A program made the translations under genes and the position numbers. The notes under the pieces are model-generated. The model did not search any database, was not told where the DNA came from, and worked only from the letters and a program-made list of their open reading frames with translations. From Opitutales bacterium (lineage in GTDB: Bacteria > Verrucomicrobiota > Verrucomicrobiia > Opitutales > UBA9783), in the NCBI GenBank assembly GCA_017958565.1, contig JAGDCJ010000016.1, forward strand, positions 94 to 64,093: a stretch of DNA of 64,000 bases. The letters are read 5' to 3'. Shown one piece after another: positions 62,601 through 64,000 of this stretch; the stretch's first letter is position 1; every line of letters starts with the position of its first letter.

Positions 62601-63947
62601 AAAGGAATTGATGGAAGCGCGCAGCTCATTCGATATTTTGTTCTGATCACCAAATGCTTCAATACACAAATCTTGTACTTCTTTTGGTAATTTTTCTTTA
62701 ATGACTTGCAACGCACGATCCGTTTGTGCAGTTATCAACAACCGTTTTCCTTTTGCTAACAAATGGCAAGTAAGGTTGGCGATGGTATGCGATTTTCCGG
62801 TTCCAGGAGGTCCTTGAACAACTACTATATTGGAATGTTTCAAATGGTCTACAATCTTCTGCTGTTCACTATTCGATGGATTTGGGAAATAAACTTCAGG
62901 ATCGGAATCGTAAGATGTATTTGTATCAGTTTCCGTTTGTGATTCTTCTGCATCGCATTCTGCAAACCCACGAAGTATTTGTGAAACAGTTCCACTTTCT
63001 GCTTGTTGATTTAATTCATCTAAACGTTGCTCTAATGGTTGTATGGAACGTTCTCGCAAAAATATAGCTGGAGCAAATTGAATAATAGGTATGCAGAGAG
63101 CTTCTTGAGGTTTTAACCCTTGTTCATAGACGCCTTTTGCATCCAATTGGTGTGCAATGGATGTGAGCAAATACTCGATAGATTTTCGTTCACAGAGGCT
63201 TGTCCCTAATTCGTTAAGACATGCCTTCATGGTTTCAGTGAGGCGCAGTTCCTTCGCTTTCTGGGGCAACATATTTGTTCCCAATTTCACATGAAGGCAG
63301 TTTGTGTTTACACTTACTGTTAAGGTTCCTTCTTCATCCAGTTGAATTTCTGCTTCAACTGTTAATAAGTGTCGTTTAATATATAAAGGGGGTATCATCT
63401 CTGTATTTGTTTCAATCGTTTGTGGTTTAATCGTTTTATATTGTATTTTCCATTGTAATAACCCTACACCGACACAACATTCCATAAATTCAGAGGAACG
63501 TTTCAATTCCAGATATACGTTGAATAGGTTTATGTAATTCTGTTGCGAAACTTTATACCTTTCATTTTCCTTCTTGTAAGCTTCATAACTGGCTTCAATT
63601 TTTTGGAACGCTTGTTGAATAGAGTCATTTAAAGAATGTGTTTCCTCTTTTATTTTCTGTGATTGTTTTAAGAAGCACTTTCCTTCTTCAATCCCTATAT
63701 ATTCGCAATATTTTTCCGGGATCTTTGGTGCATTCGGCTTTACTGGACGCTGTAATTTAAATAAAATTCCCTCTTGCTTTGACGCATTGCACTTTAACAA
63801 AGAGCTGATGCAACCATCGGATTGGCATAAATCATCTAGCCAAAGACATGCGTGGTAATGATCTAATGAATATACCGGTTTCTTTCGTAACTTCGAAAAC
63901 TCTTTCAAGAAACGAAAAAATCGCAACAATTTTTCATTTTTTACCAT
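59607..63947 (-). CDS. SF1 (Upf1/DNA2-like, AAA_11/AAA_12) helicase fused to a C-terminal DUF559/Vsr-like PD-(D/E)xK endonuclease
   Basis: 1446 aa. Motif I is VVVQGPPGTGKSHT (residue ~379), motif II is IIVDEASQ (~1043) and motif III is VVGDNQQISP. Motifs V and VI are GDERDVIFLSMV and RFNVAASRARNQMFLF. The C-terminal nuclease is RRIDLVIEAGHQRLAVECDGDYWHGPEQYESDQQRQEQLERCGWEFFRI. About 650 aa of helical insertion separate motifs I and II. The gene is visibly more AT-rich than the rest of the window. Confidence 0.85.
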   Translation of the reverse strand: MVKNEKLLRFFRFLKEFSKLRKKPVYSLDHYHACLWLDDLCQSDGCISSLLKCNASKQEGILFKLQRPVKPNAPKIPEKYCEYIGIEEGKCFLKQSQKIKEETHSLNDSIQQAFQKIEASYEAYKKENERYKVSQQNYINLFNVYLELKRSSEFMECCVGVGLLQWKIQYKTIKPQTIETNTEMIPPLYIKRHLLTVEAEIQLDEEGTLTVSVNTNCLHVKLGTNMLPQKAKELRLTETMKACLNELGTSLCERKSIEYLLTSIAHQLDAKGVYEQGLKPQEALCIPIIQFAPAIFLRERSIQPLEQRLDELNQQAESGTVSQILRGFAECDAEESQTETDTNTSYDSDPEVYFPNPSNSEQQKIVDHLKHSNIVVVQGPPGTGKSHTIANLTCHLLAKGKRLLITAQTDRALQVIKEKLPKEVQDLCIEAFGDQNKISNELRASINSFFSQKNTWEQEKEERKAKTCKEQLDRLRKERVTLNQDLKAGRKKETDVVKINDLYSGTPTHIVQQIQEGRNPYEWFLDKTVDFKNAFQNFDVLKQALNSFVEDSKCFHKENFKLEKPIPIPHKTEPKFFEDLLHREQCLSSSLVTLASLYDKAFIEWLYDEYRKGNTELLRSSLKKIQLIAQERQSSDNQWMKPFLMAFERGEMKEWDNRYQCLQSLGKEIDLHRSKLATLILPEGIPLEKLFTDILCVLQHLERGGKLRHLWFRPKILKTRSYVLEEISCEGHTLKTKDDFELVKKCLEIKRSLKSVSTNFHLTDESWDNMLKQIQHINIMLNFSLSLKEEGFSHTYLRACLELPYDKIKDLSKFIEILEEQSSCKRTFENLKQQWLPHDKHPMVSTLLCAIREKKADLYTSTYQKLVEENQKRSDMFSRFKTWESIHEKLVKYFPHFIKTLETNEITEKVLEHIEEFDKGYYWKEAADWLETYQKKENAISVQKRIHQVDKEIQKQLLSLAVYHAWNNTLKNLSDSHYLHMQAWQLALKRVGKGIGKYAWIHQKEAQQHLEKCKDVIPAWIMPLYRVISTISAKNPFDVIIVDEASQCGLEGIFLFGLTKKMIVVGDNQQISPQSIGIKTEDMIKLHKKYLFDFDYVDTLQPDSSLFDQACLHCGTHCVTLREHFRCLPEIIAFSNDLCYSKTPLIPLRQDAYSLPPIQHIFVQNGYREGTGSSVVNQPEAQAICDKICECCRDPRYKDATMGVISLQGQRQAIFIQGLLLTRLSTKEYEKRNLLCGDPYHFQGDERDVIFLSMVAATNVRNGTLTKSADQQRFNVAASRARNQMFLFHSLGLEDLNSSDLRYRLLAFFLKPQQQQSIAGLSLVELEQHALQDDRSLIKAPEPFDSWFEVDVALELLHRKLRVISQYRIAGRRIDLVIEAGHQRLAVECDGDYWHGPEQYESDQQRQEQLERCGWEFFRIRSSNFYADKERCLNDLQRVLQRKGMV

Positions 63948-64000
63948 AGAAATCTTTTTTGTTGAAAATGGACATTTCTATCGATTTTGTAAAAATCGTT

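Noticed and set aside
1-64000. CRISPR arrays, rRNA genes, transposases/integrases, prophage structural genes and toxin-antitoxin pairs
   Set aside because: I scanned the ORF translations and the DNA for regular repeat-spacer periodicity, DDE/tyrosine-recombinase motifs and rRNA-like conserved stretches, and recognised none. A small or degenerate element cannot be excluded without a search.

Overview
The window is a gene-dense, roughly 45-50% GC chromosomal segment of a diderm (Gram-negative-type) bacterium. All calls rest on motif recognition in the supplied ORF translations plus my own reading of the DNA. I ran no similarity searches. Lineage is not determinable here; my weak guess is a host-associated or PVC-like organism, based on the gene mix: lpxA/lpxB/kdsA/lptFG/lolCD, a Bat aerotolerance operon and an injectisome-type sctS-sctT-sctU.

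Most of the window is housekeeping: tRNA-Leu, dnaE, acpS, prfB, trmB, mnmG, mnmE, a folE-folB fusion, a SEDS protein, RNase G, lpxA, murJ, gpmA, dnaN, lolCD, lpxB, floA, hldC, glgB, plsY, fmt and kdsA.

Accessory content worth attention:
1. At 52.4-58.7 kb, a divergent cluster whose + arm reproduces the Campylobacter jejuni Cj1418/Cj1417/Cj1416 phosphoramidate (MeOPN) activation triad in the same gene order. It carries an extra nucleotidyltransferase domain fused to the kinase, and no Cj1415-type kinase is visible. It is paired with a TagF-like transferase and a SAM methyltransferase that run into kdsA. The methyltransferase starts with a 10-bp x3 tandem repeat.
2. At 59.6-63.9 kb, a visibly AT-rich segment encodes a 1446-aa SF1 (Upf1-like) helicase fused to a C-terminal DUF559/Vsr-like PD-(D/E)xK nuclease. 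This is a candidate single-gene defence or island cargo.
3. At 0.86-2.84 kb, a predicted secreted protein has about 12 tandem W-x-C-x2-C-x3-H-x(n)-C zinc-knuckle-like repeats and a long Lys-rich, then acidic, tail.
4. An sctS-sctT-sctU fragment lacks sctR and ends against a divergent radical-SAM gene.
5. A second radical-SAM gene is interrupted by a frameshift.
6. Two tandem HAD-like (DxDxT) paralogs are present.

I recognised no rRNA, CRISPR array, transposase or integrase.
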